Shown: piece by piece, positions 13,501 through 26,179 of the stretch
How positions within the stretch are numbered: position 1 is the first letter of the stretch
Layout of the letters: each line of letters opens with the position of its first letter
Source of the DNA: Lepidodermella squamata
Taxonomy: Eukaryota > Animalia > Gastrotricha
Direction: 5' to 3'
Length of the DNA stretch: 64,000 nucleotides
NCBI GenBank assembly: GCA_047495785.1
Contig: JBLDXI010000046.1
Coordinates: forward strand, 1,302,001 to 1,366,000
The notes under the pieces: generated by a model
What the model was told of the DNA's origin: nothing
The model's database searches: none
What the model saw: the letters and a program-made list of their open reading frames with translations, nothing else
Position numbers and translations under genes: made by a program

Positions 13501-15164
13501 CTTGAGAATAATTCAAACAAAAGGAAAAAAATTACGATAAATTCTGCGCGATTTTCAGTATAGGCCTCATCATGAATCTGAGATCACGGCTTAAAAAGAA
13601 ATATTCAAAAAAAATTAAATCATGAAAATTTTGCGGTTAGTGCCAAGTTTTGCGGCATTTTTGCGGCAAAATGATCCGATCAATTTGAAAAAAATTGCGA
13701 AATCCCATAAAACAGAAATAATAGCTAAAATTTCTTCACGAGATAATATTAACCTGCCGTGTAATACATATTGGTGAAATAAATAATTTCAAATTTATTA
13801 TAATGTAAAAAAAAACGAATTAAGGCCGGAAAATGAATAGGTCTTATGCCAGAAAAAGCGAAACCCTGAATAAAGGCGTATGACAAGCGAGCGCAAATAA
13901 ATGGCTTTGTAAAGGCGGATGATATTATTATTGTGTCAAGCAGCAGCCGTCGCTTTTTCTGGATTACATGTGTCGGCAAATGTCAACGGAATGTAATAGT
14001 TAGGCCACCCTGTTGGCAGGTATATAAGCGCAGTAATAATAATATCAACAACAACAGGCGAATAGCGACGCAACAGGATGCATCACAATCGGCAATGATC
14101 GCATTATTAAGGCAGCGCTAAAAAGCAGATCACGGCATCACAGACTGCGAGAATGGTGGGCGGAAGTGGGCGCGCATTCAAGAGGCTCGGACGCGCAACA
14201 AAAGAGGCACGAAGCGCCACCTTAAAGCCATTGTTATTACTGCTATCATGATTGCTTTGTATGCGGCCGCAGAAAAGTTGTTCTATTTTCTGCATATATA
14301 TAGCGGCAGTGGAGCTGCTTGAGTTGCTCATCACGTTCTGAACTCAATACTTATAGTACTTGGTAACAGGGGTCGGCGGCGGAAACTCTCGCTTGTATTG
14401 TATATGCCGGCCATCAACTCAAAACGTGAAACGAGAAGTGTTTCGTATACAACCTAAAGTAGTACCCACCACCGGATCCTATACTAATGTAATATATTAT
14501 ATATTTTTCGCGCTCTGATCATTCATTCATTCATTCATTGAGCGGGTCCGAGCGAGCAACAAAATGATTTATAAACAAAACGCAAGAAAAGAACAGCGGC
14601 AGCTTTACTACGCCCTATTAGACCGCTGGCTGCTATATCCACAAATAAAAACAATAAACAACGCGCTAATAATACCTTGATAACGTCATTTCCGCCTCTC
14701 ATCAACAGCTGAAGCAATACATATGATATAGCCATCTCACCTTTTTTCTGGTCCGGCGTTTCATTCGCTGCTGTCAACGCACAATAAAACAGCCGCAGCG
14801 GCGTCGGGATTCCTGTCATCAATTAATTATTATTTATTCTCTAATTTTAATAGGCCAAGAAAAATTATGTCATTAAAACAACAACAATGTGTGAGAAAGA
14901 CCCAGCGCGCATTATTTTTGATGTCATGGCAAGAGATATACAAAAGCCGAGATTGATAACAAAGGTCAAGTTTGATAATAATTATAAAAAAAAACACGAA
15001 ATTTCTTTTGATTGAGCATCGCAAAATTTGATTCTGAGCAATAAACTAACAAACCATGATAATAATTCTCTGAAAGAAAGATCACGTGATAATATAAATT
15101 AATTGGAAAATGGCGCCGTTTTTTCCTGTAGCGGCAAAACGGCTTCCATTTTTAGCGGCAACAA

Positions 15165-17962
15165 TCATGCGAAAGACAGAATTATTACAGCTGAAATTAG
15201 CGTAAGAATAAAATTATTGCAGCTCATCGATCGAGTCGCGTGATTTTCTTCATGAATCGAGTCGTAATCAGGGTCGTCGAAAATGACATTATTTTCACTG
15301 TAATCAAGTTCATTCCGCGAAATCGGAGGCGGCATATTTACAGGTAATTTCATCCCTCGCTTCAGCGTTACTACAGCCGCTTTTTTCGTCGTTGAAGTGA
15401 CCGGGATGACTTTCTTCGTCGTAGTTTTCGGCGGTAAGGTGATTTCGTCGGATCGAACGGCAAGTTCGGTGACGTATTTTTCGTAGATCGAGGCGAGTAT
15501 AACGGGGTCCGTTTCTTTGTCGACTTCGCATTTACTGCCCACAGCTTCGGATTGGATGTTGAAAAAATCGAGGAGAAAATGAGCGGCGTGCACGCCTTGA
15601 CCGCGCGGACAGTTCGCCAACAAAACACGGGCGCGACAGCCCAAAATTAGCTGAAAAAAAAAGAAAATATTTTACAAATTCGACTAATTAAGTCTAAAAA
15701 AGCAGGACCATACATACGAGAAATTAAATGAATTTTTTAATTTATATGGATTTTTGACGAAAAAATAGCGATCGATCCAACCTAATTATTTTCGAATTTT
15801 TCTGAATTTCTTGTATTTATAATGGACTCATTGATTTCGACGTATTATTTCGAGATCGAAGCTGAAATTTGAACTGAAAAATTGAATTGAATCAACCCTA
15901 ACGAACCGGCCAGCCCTCGCCCATCTAACTTTCTCGCCGAATATTCATCAGGAGAAAAAGTTGATTTGACATTAGAAAAGTTTTCTGTTGCTCCTGATTT
16001 GTCAATCTTAAAACCGGTTGCTGGTATGGCATTACTTGAAGTTCCTGCTACTTTGGTCGGAGGATTGTGCAACATTGGCGACAATGTGTATAAGTACATC
16101 TTGGGATGTAAAGGCTTAGCATCAAGTGCTTGTCTTAGCTTCACACACGGTATCGTTGCCAGCAATTCTTATGTTGGCGCTGATATTTCACTAACCGCTC
16201 AGAGTTTTTACTCATAGACTTTTAAAATGACTTCTATCGATGTCAAATCTTCTGTTGAAACAGTGGCTGCGGTGGAAGCATTACAAGGGCACCGTCGTGA
16301 TGTATATCATAAACTAAGACCTCACGTTTTTCGTATTGCTGGCGAATTTAATGGTGCCGGGCAACTAGTTTTCGCCCGTACCGCGATCACGATATCATAA
16401 TTTCTGCTGGGCACATTAACAACCCTAACAACACTGCCAAATCGGTCTACGGCGACAAGCTCACTGAAATGACGAAAAAGGTCGAGCACTGACCGCCGGG
16501 TGCCAATCACTCGTTAGGTTGCGCCCAGAACGCTGGTTTCAGTCGGCTCGAAGCTATAACAATCGGCAATCCGAGGCAGGAGGAGGAGGAGAACCCGACA
16601 AGGAGAGGGAAAGTCTACACGATCTTCACTCAAAGCTGCGCGAGGCAGTTCCGAAGTTGAAGGAACGAATCCATACGTGAAACGGTTGGGGAGATTTCCG
16701 GCGAAATCCGGTCCGAGCAAGGAACACAGGCAACGCGACGTCATGGTTAAACTGCCACCGGGCTTCACCAACATCAAGCTGGTTCGGAAGCTTGTCGCGT
16801 GAAAAAAACTGAAATTGATAGGCTAATTTTTTGCAATATCTGCACCATTTTATGTATCTCCGAATCGTGGCACTCTGCTGATGATATTAGCCATATTCCT
16901 GAATTAATTATTCTCAAAACTTTTCTATTTTTGAGTTCCATGGTGTTCAAAATGGGGCATTTAGGTATAACCCGATTTAAAAATCGAAGTTGAAATTGAA
17001 AATGAAAAATCGGACGAGATCAGACGAGATCGGATCATAGAAACGAAGTTAGGCTTAGGATTCAAAAGTCAATTTGTTGATCAATTTTAAATTTTTTAAG
17101 TTTTAAATTCCGGTTTTTTTATTTACCTAAAAATCTCCGATCGAATTATTTTCTGAGGTTTCGGAATTTTTGAGATGAGGTTTCGGAATTTTTGGCGTTT
17201 GGGGGATCTATTAAGTTGCTGACGGTCCTTGACATCTTTTGAAATTGAATTTCATCTTCAGTGAAAGTCCGTTTAGCACCTTTTCAAAGATATCAAATTC
17301 CCCTTCCTCTAAAATTCGGAAAATTAACATTTCAATTTCTCTTATATATTTTGACCCAGCAAAATATGTACTAAAGTTATTTTTTTAGTTTTTACCTTAA
17401 ATTTACTGCAATCAGCTTCAGTCATATTTTTCGTGACAGTCGTATTTTCGAAATCGATGCCTAAAACGGGCGCGAATTGGCGGCACTCGTTGTTGGCCGA
17501 TTCCGCAACTTCACGCCTGCAAACAATGTGGCTCTCGAGCCGTGACCACATATTGTTATCGCAGATGTAATTCCACTGGTTCAGGAAAAGATTCAGCCCA
17601 AAAACTTTGAACACGTCATTGCACTGCTCCCGAAACGGGTTGACGCACGTATCGATCTGCTTAAACGCGCCGCAATCTGTTGTGACCTCATTTTTCAGCG
17701 CCTGGGTGTCGATTTGCGGCTCTTGGAGCCATTTCGTAATTTTCGTCGCTTGCATGCACCGTTCACGATTGCCAACGCCTTTTTTGGCTAGCTCAAAAAT
17801 ATTCTGAGACCCGCAAGTTTGGCGGGGTAGGCCGAGTTTCGACGACGTGAAGCATCGCACGATGACTTTCATAGCGCAAAAATCGCTAGCGTTGAACGTG
17901 AACGGGGCCAAGCGACCATCGACAAGAATCAGCGAACTGGTAAAAATGAGGAGTAACAACAT
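15165..17962 (-). CDS. Secreted, probably GPI-anchored Cys-rich protein (DUF19-like helical Cys repeats), 2 exons (17962-17396, 15650-15165), 350 aa
   Basis: Signal peptide MLLLLIFTSSLILVDG, spaced Cys pattern, Thr/Lys stalk and hydrophobic C-terminus. Phase-0 intron AAG|gtaaaa...ttcag|CTA. Confidence 0.7.
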
Positions 17963-20392
17963 TTTTCTAAATAAAACCTATATACTAAAAAGAAATGAAA
18001 TTAGATTACAATTCGATAGAAGGTCCCAAATTGACCAGTTTCGATGATAGTGATAAGAAAAAATTAAAGAAAATTTGAATCGGACCAATGCATCAAAGTC
18101 TCGAAATGACCCGTACGATTGTTAGCCCTGTCTATTTAAGAATAGGCAATAATAATTGCGACAAAATACTTGAATCGGACATAATCAATGTCGACGAATC
18201 AGGTGAGAAAAAGAACAAAGAATTTCAAGTTGAAGTCAACTTTATATTACTGTTCGCAGAGTGCGATGTGCCGGTGGAAAGATGTCAAAGGAACGCGTAA
18301 CCATTCTCATTGGATCGATTATGGTCGGAAACGAGAAGACTCCCTTGCTAGCCATCGGAAAGCCTGTTTATAGAGGCATTTGGCTGAGCGTAAAACGTAC
18401 GGGCCAAGCCAAGGCTTGGATGGTAGGTCCTACTTGAACGAGGTATCTTCTTTCATGAGAGAACGACTTATTCGAGCTAATCGCAAAATCTGTGTTCTCC
18501 AGCCTCGCATAATTTACGGTCTGAAGAAAAGATACAGCAGGGCTCTGTTTTCAAGGCAGATAGCGTTCTTGGACGATAATCCTACTGAGAGGCTCGACGA
18601 AATACCACACGACTCAGTTCGGTATAACCAGCCTATTTTGCACGGCTTAGAAAACTCTGATTTCAAATATTGAGGATTTAAAATTCAAAAAAAATAAAAA
18701 AACAAAGCAGTTAATTTTTTTAAACCACAAGAAAATGGAGTTCGAATTTTTCAATTTTAGAATAAAATCGCACATTCCACGATTCACCTCAATAAAAATT
18801 ATGATATAAAAAATTACCATACGAATCCTTAGCCGGAAGTTGACCAAGCGTATAAATTCTCACTTTTATCGAATTCAATCAAGTGAAACTAATTTTTTGT
18901 GAAAAAAAATCCACTTGAAAAAAACGAACGTGACCGGTTAAAAAAGTGCGAAAGTCAACGAAGCGTGATGGCTATCAGATGGGTCAAAAATGCGCGCGCG
19001 CTTTGTCAAACAGGGTTCATTTGCTTTGTCAAGTATATGATGTCACAGGGGTTGTCGTCAAAAGATGATAGTAGTGGTGGTTGTAGTGGTAATAACAGCA
19101 AACAACAAGACGACAGGAGTTGCACAGCCGCCACTTAGCGCAAACAAAGGCATTAGCCGTGTCTTCAATCACGCGCGCGCAGAAATGCCGCCGCCGCAGA
19201 GTTTTTCTCCTCCAGCCATTCATGCAAACACATGAAAAAGGTGGATATATACCCCGAGACCGCTACGTTATTACTACTACTAGACAAGCGTGTGTTGTCA
19301 AAGGCAAAAGAAAGAGCCACTACATGAAGTATAGGTACGTATTCTGCGCATATTTATACAGGTAATATACGAGGCCTAGAAACCATAACAAACACAGCTA
19401 TAACACGATGACGGGAACACTACTTCTTGTACATGCCTGCTTGCATTTTACCTGCATACAGAACACGTTTAGGTAGTATTTGGTGGATGCCGTTGTTGCA
19501 TGAAGGCAATAGAGAAATAGTAATCATGATGATGATATTACATCGGCGGGGGTTTCTGATTATATTACAAACGGCTGGTCCAAACTAGCGTTTCCAAACG
19601 TTTATTACCTACCATCAGCTTATAGTCACAATTTAGGCCCCTGGCTCATTCAGAATCCACAATATCAACATTTCTTAAAATATAATGAGTTCTTCTAGAT
19701 TCAACTGTAAATTTCGATGTGTAAGATTTTTAGATTATCTATTCTAAATGCGGGGTTGGGTTACTCCGAAGCCGGAAGGACATCCAAGCTTGCTGGCAGG
19801 GATGAAAATTGAAACTTCGCATTATGATTTTTTTAGTGACAATTTTTTCCAGCATCGATTCCAACTTACAATTTACACAGAAATCAATCAAACTTTTCAG
19901 ATAATTTAGTGGGTTGGATCATTCGAAATTGCATTAAAATGTTTAGAAATCGAGTAAATTTGTATTTTTTCAATATAATTTTTGAAAATTATTTTTTTCG
20001 TTAGAAAGTTACGATGTAAAAAAGACTCAAATAGATGGAATCGCCAAATATTGTTTTACTGTAGACCTTTTAGGATCGTCTTGCATTATTCCCGAGCCAC
20101 TTTTAGAGAAACCAGGAAATATCGAGTATTGAATTCGCCCAATAATTATTTTTCAAAATTGTACAATATTTCATTATTAATTATTGGAAATTCAAATCAA
20201 TAACCGTAAATTAAGATCGACTTAAGGCCTCATCTTCTCTTTGAGAATACAGTGTAATAATGATTTTTCAAACTATTCAAAATGGCACCTTTCAAGTTTT
20301 GAAATTTGGTTCCGCTAGGTCATATTTTCATTTTTTAGTATTAATATTAAAAAAATATTTATAATAATAATATTAAAATTTGGGTCCTACTG

Positions 20393-20635
20393 TTAGCGGA
20401 ACCAAATGTGCTGTCAGCGGAACCTAATTTTAGACTTTTCTAGTAGCCTGAAATCGTTTTCGAATGTATATCGCAGGTCAAGATTGGCCCCAATAATTCT
20501 GGAAAATTCACCAGTGAATTCAGGGCAATATTCTCTATAAGACGGAGTGTTCAATTCAGACTTTATGCTTAGCCTAAAATTCGTAGAAATATTCAAAAAA
20601 CGACTCTTGGCATATTTCGAATTTGGTTCCGCTAA
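20393..20635. mobile_element. MITE-like element with TTAGCGGAACCAAAT inverted termini
   Basis: ttagcggaaccaaat at 20393 and atttggttccgctaa at 20621-20635, with a further copy at ~20303. Confidence 0.55.
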
Positions 20636-20717
20636 AAGATATACCGTTAAAATTTTCACACGAATAAGTAATTAATTTCCATTTCTTGAATGTTGTAGTT
20701 ATGATTTTTTGAAAAAA

Positions 20718-21839
20718 ATGGAGGATCCCTCTTCATTTGACAACGACACGTTGGGCATTGCCTCGAATGAGCTGCCAATGGAGGATATAATAAACTACGC
20801 CCATCAACACCCGCAAGTATCAGCCGGCCTGACCAATCTACTCGCTTTCATCGTAACAACCAGCGCCTTATCAGCAATTATCCAAAGTTCGGTGCTTCTT
20901 TTCGGATTTGCGACCAGGCATCGCCAAAGCCTATCCGCCGACTACGCCTATGCAATAATCCACCTATCAACCATCACCCTCGCCCTAGTTGGCCTCAGTT
21001 ACATGGGCCCGTTATTCAAAGACGCGTTAGGCGCGGTTAGGATGACGAAAATTCATTTGGATAAGTCAGTTTTGACTCAGTCAGCGACTAATTCCTACAA
21101 CTGCTTCGTGCCTTTCGTTTTCCAAGTCTGCCACATGTTGATGTTTTATACAATTTCACTGACAGCCCTCGCCAATTATCTAAACATCGCCTTCCCGCGA
21201 TATTCAATGTCGACTAAATCTATGGTAGTCGTCTGCCTGGCTATTTCCATTTTCTGCACCCTGGTCAATATGCACTTTTTGCTGGCTCATTGCATCAGCG
21301 AGACATCTGAGGCGCTTTTCGACGTCGATGACTCAAGCGTGGTCGTTAAATACGTGATAGTCGACGGAATGGCGTTTCTACTCACCCTACTGCTTTGCGG
21401 CCACTCGTTCTCGTTGATCTCGGCGACCCAAAACGCGCCAGACGCGAAGATCTGGAAGCGGGAATGCGTCGCCTCAGTCACGGTCGCGCTTCTTTTCGGA
21501 ATTAACACCGCTTTAACCTTCGTTATCAACGTAGCCTCCTCCGGGTCTGTTGCGTTCACCCTTCACGCGACTCATATAACAATGACGGTTAACATGGTGA
21601 CTTTAGCGATGATTCCGTTGAGTTTGACCATCCTACGCCCGGCGACTCATGCGGATTTCGAGAATTTTTTCGAGCGAATTCGGGTGCGAATTTTCTCGGG
21701 CGAGGACGATCTGCCGAGCTGCTGCTCCCGCTGCTTGTCCCACCCCAGCCCGCAACAGGTCGACATGGAACCGTACTGGGTGTACGCCGAATCTCACGAC
21801 ACGGCTCAACTGGTCGCCGCGAATAACCCTTCAAAATAA
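20718..21839 (+). CDS. Orphan 7TM receptor, paralog C, intronless, 373 aa
   Basis: Single ORF with seven hydrophobic segments. CFVPF..HM, LVNMHFLLAHC, KYVIVDG and RPATHAD motifs are shared with A and B. Confidence 0.8.
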   Translation: MEDPSSFDNDTLGIASNELPMEDIINYAHQHPQVSAGLTNLLAFIVTTSALSAIIQSSVLLFGFATRHRQSLSADYAYAIIHLSTITLALVGLSYMGPLFKDALGAVRMTKIHLDKSVLTQSATNSYNCFVPFVFQVCHMLMFYTISLTALANYLNIAFPRYSMSTKSMVVVCLAISIFCTLVNMHFLLAHCISETSEALFDVDDSSVVVKYVIVDGMAFLLTLLLCGHSFSLISATQNAPDAKIWKRECVASVTVALLFGINTALTFVINVASSGSVAFTLHATHITMTVNMVTLAMIPLSLTILRPATHADFENFFERIRVRIFSGEDDLPSCCSRCLSHPSPQQVDMEPYWVYAESHDTAQLVAANNPSK

Positions 21840-22058
21840 AGGCGAACTTTTCTAATCACGAATAATATTGTAATAATAAATCTGATTTTTTTGCCAATTT
21901 TTATTCCCTGTTTATATATCACCTGATATCTGGAATACAAGTATAAGCGACCACAACCCCGGCCAAGGAACAAAAAATAATCACAAGACAAACAAATTTT
22001 GTACACAATAAGCACATAATGCACTAATACATAGAATATTTAACGATTTTAGATCGGC

Positions 22059-23508
22059 CTAGTCTAAATCGTTATGCTGGTTCGAAGCCGGCCGGTTCGG
22101 CATAGATGGCAGCGATTCCGAGGCTACTTCGTAGAACTCCCCGTCGTCTTCTTGCTGCTCGCCTTCTTCATCATCGTCATAGTCGTCTTCCTCCTCGCCC
22201 GGTTCGGCGAATGATGAGAATATGGTGTTCATCAAACCGCCAAGGAAACCGCCTGGTTGCGACCGTGATGAATTGTCAGCTGGGGGCAAGCCGAAAAAGA
22301 GCTGTCCAATACGATCAAGGTGCTAAGCAACAAATATAAAAATAATTATTACAAAATATGCCAGTAAAAATCTACCTTAAAATAAACCGGATCTCTCCTT
22401 AGAACAACAGCATACTGCTCGCAAAGGACAGTGAAAAGTGGCAAGCGTTTTCTGTTGAAAAATATTGAGAAAATTCTGTTGCATTTTCAGTGCCAACTTA
22501 CTGCTCTACTGTGAGTATCAAATAGTGCAGAAAGTTAAGTAGTGGATATTGAAAAGGAGGAGTCGATGTCGCAATTGCAGGGTGCTGAGAGGTGTATGAT
22601 TTCAAGGCCTGTTTTGCAATAGCCGTCCGTTTCATACAAAGATAACTATTAAAAAAAATTTAGCCGCGATTTTAAAACGAGAAACAAACAAACTGTAACA
22701 CAGCTTGAGCAATGAATAGATCGACTTCTGTTCGAAATCCGAGCAATCGCTGAAATTCAACAAGCATCGTTCCGCAAGACGTCCCGTCACTTGACATAAG
22801 AAAATGGTGTCGACTCTCCGAGTAATTTTTCTCTATTTAGACCTTCATTACAATTGAGTTAATTGAAATGAACAAAAAGCTAACCTTTCCATAAATTCAT
22901 TGCGATAGCTTGATGGATGTCAGGGTGGCCGTATTTCACCGCAAATGACAATTCAACCCCAGCTAAAGCGTCTGTGGTAGCTTGTGGCACTTGGGTTGAG
23001 TCACCAGCTCGAGCGTGTTTAACTCGCTTGCAAGCTTCGGACGACCATTTCACAGAGCCGTTTACGAAATTGACTCTGTCAGGGTGATCATTGCGAATAA
23101 AACCATGCAGTTTACCAATACGATCTAAAGTGATACGAATACGAAAATTAAATTCAAAATGAAAAGCTCTTCTGTCATACCTATCGTTTCTTTATTGATC
23201 GGCGCCTTGTGGTCCATCAAAATAGTAAGGAATAGCAGGGATAAATCAGTTCCACTGTCGACCTGTTGCTTCGCGAACAACTCGCTAGCTCCATTGTATA
23301 GCAGTGTTAATGCTTCAGGAATGCGGTCTTGAGAAACGTATCTACATGGTAAATAGTAATTACAACAAATCTACAAAGTTAATACACGAATTTCCTACCT
23401 GAAGTGTAAGGCCCGGTATCGCTGATGTGCTTCATAATAGTCTCCTTGTTCCAATGAAGAACGAATGCGTTCCAGAATCTTAGCTTCTTGTCGTGCGTTA
23501 ACAGCCAT
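22059..23508 (-). CDS. GET4: Golgi to ER traffic protein 4 (TRC35/CEE), 7 exons
   Basis: Spliced product contains [76 protein letters not shown] and GGFLGGLM followed by an acidic tail. All introns are short GT-AG. Confidence 0.95.
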
Positions 23509-26179
23509 TATCTTTCAATAATTTCAAATCTATGAAAAAAGAGTATTCAAACTTGCGCTCGAAGGTGATTCGAAATTCATGATTCATAATGATCTCCAGT
23601 CTGGTCTTGGCGTTCAGCCATCAGTTCGCCCAATTTAACCACAACATAATAAGGGCAAAACCTGGGAAAACTACAAGGTAAGAAATTAAGGATCCAGCAC
23701 ACGTTTAAAATGTAGCTGAATTGGACACGAGAAAATCGGTAAATTGGGTTGACACTTTCATCAGTCAGCTTTCCAGCCTTACGAAGGTTTTAGGCTACGG
23801 TGACGCGGTTCAGAAGATAAGGCAGGGAGCGAAGAGCAGAAACAAAACTGTTCGCTCTATTCCGTCGTTGAGCACCAACCGATTTGCTCACTGCTCCCTA
23901 CGCTCATTGAGTGTTAGAATCGATTCGACACAACTTTCCTTACATGAACACTGTTTTACGAAACGATAAACACGAGTGTCAGAAAGTCACGGATGCTATG
24001 TTCTTGCTACGCCTGTCTCTGCTACACTGGATCCGAAGCGGCAAGCTTTCCTAGACGGCATGGCCTCCTTACGGAAGATAAACCAAATGCACTACTTCGA
24101 AACGGTCGCAAACACCTTGCTGGCTAAGGGTAATTTTGATGATGTACCCGTTCAGATGACGGATCGGTTACAAGACACCCGTAATGCGTCATCGGCTAGA
24201 GAGCTAATCATAAGGAATTCATTGGAAACGCCAAGGGCGACTTGCGACTTCACGAATTTTTGTTCGACTATAGTGACAAATGAGTACGAGCGCTTTGACG
24301 AAGTTCACGCTAACGAATGAGGCACGTCAATATTCACTATGGCTTCTGGTAATATCTAATAAAAGAAAAGTTTCTTATCGCGTCTCTGTGCGGTATTGAG
24401 TCTGTCTTTGAATCGTATGGTTCGGCGTTAACGATGACTTCGCCGATTCTCACAGCTGGGCACCATGAACTCAGAATTAATGATTCGGTGAAATGACCCA
24501 TACCCGGCTAATGCTACTGCTGCTGCTACTGCTACCGATGTGAAATTCGGTAGTCGCAATGCGTGGCACTTCGCAACACAATACAGCTCGTTAGTCGAGT
24601 CTAAAACCTTTTCCAACGCCAAATCTGAGAAAAACATGTTGAAATACCAGCTTTCACTATTTTTGCCCAAGTTTTCGTTAATTGCCTTAAAAGAATGAAG
24701 AACTTGAGGAAGACATGCACACATAGTTGCGGCCGGGCCAATTTTTGACCCGGTTTGCATATAGGTCGGTCGCTGAAAAATACCTTCTTCTCTACTAAAC
24801 AATGCCATTAAGAACAATGTCAACTTGTGGGCCTCAAGGGGTACCTCAACCTTCAACTGTTGGCCGTTGACCATTCACTTGCGCTGAAAGACCGGCTGCC
24901 AATTACCAAGAGCCAAACGGCAGGCTTAAGTTTCGAACATACTTATCCGCCGTCCAAGACCCAAGATCCAAGACCCAAGCTAAAAACCCTCTCGCGCTTG
25001 TGGCAAAAAACTGTTGCTTCAAAAAATTTCCCGGCTGTCGGTCAAGGTGAACATAATTTAAACATATTATATGTTAATATTGATATATCACAATATTACT
25101 TATATTTACAAGAGATGACTATGATTAAATGATAATTTCAATTGCATTGTAAAGCTGTTCGACGCTTCTCGAGTTTTTCGTTTTTCGTTTTGTTCCCCTT
25201 TATATCTTCAGTGTTTTTTCTTGCCCCTGAGTCCAAACGATCACTTGAATCTCAGGGCTAGGCTTAAACAACTCAAAAAGCGGTTTGCAACAGCAAACTT
25301 GGTGCAACAGGTGTCAGTATCATGCTAGAGCTGTGTGTTGGGAACGCGGTCCGTCGGGGCTCGGGTTCGCAGCCAAACTCGTTAAACCCCTTAGTCCAGC
25401 ACATTTAAGTCCTTATAATCATAATCAACATCCTCCTAATTTATTCAAGTTGCCTTTCGACATCTAGCATTTGCTGTCAGACACATGCCATAGTCACAAG
25501 GCTTTTGTGTAAACTATTCCCATGATTGCTTGTCGAACCACGGTCCCCAGGCTTTGCGGGCTGAGTAGCTATTTCTTGATGCCGGTGAGTGGCGCACTTC
25601 ATCGGAAGGGGGTTGCGGTCTCGGGAGGAGTTTTTGGCGGTGCTATCAGCATTTACGCTCTCGAGGATTGTGCCCTCGTCGCCGTGTCGTCGACACATCT
25701 TCGTTTTCGTAGCCACCGTAGCCACCGTAGCCAAGTTGCAAAAGCTATCCGAGACTTATGCAAGGTTGGCAAGCCTGAAGTAATGAATAGAAGGGCCTCC
25801 AAGATTATAGTGCATTCTCATGGTGCCCACTTTGCAATCTCCGCTAAAGCGATTGAATATCGAATACGAGTTTCGCTACAGCTGCGTCGTACAAAATTGG
25901 TGAAAATTCAAGGAAAACACCTCCGCAAGGCTTTTAGCGGAGCGAAGCATAAACATGATAAACATAGCTGCGATATTCACTGCTACCCTTGTTATTTCGC
26001 AAATTGCCGAGGAAGACTGCAGACACTGGAGTGGATAGGGTGTCACATCCTTGCGACGACCCTTCACCGATTAACGATTATCCTTTCCCCAAAATAAATT
26101 TGGCGCGTCAACATAAAGATTTTCATTTTACAGAAGAGATTGGAAAATCCAGATTTTCACTTCAATTTTATTCTTCAAC

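Noticed and set aside
19520-19562. C/D-box snoRNA-like motif (ATGATGA...CTGA with a short terminal stem)
   Set aside because: At only ~40 nt it is too short, and no recognisable guide is present.
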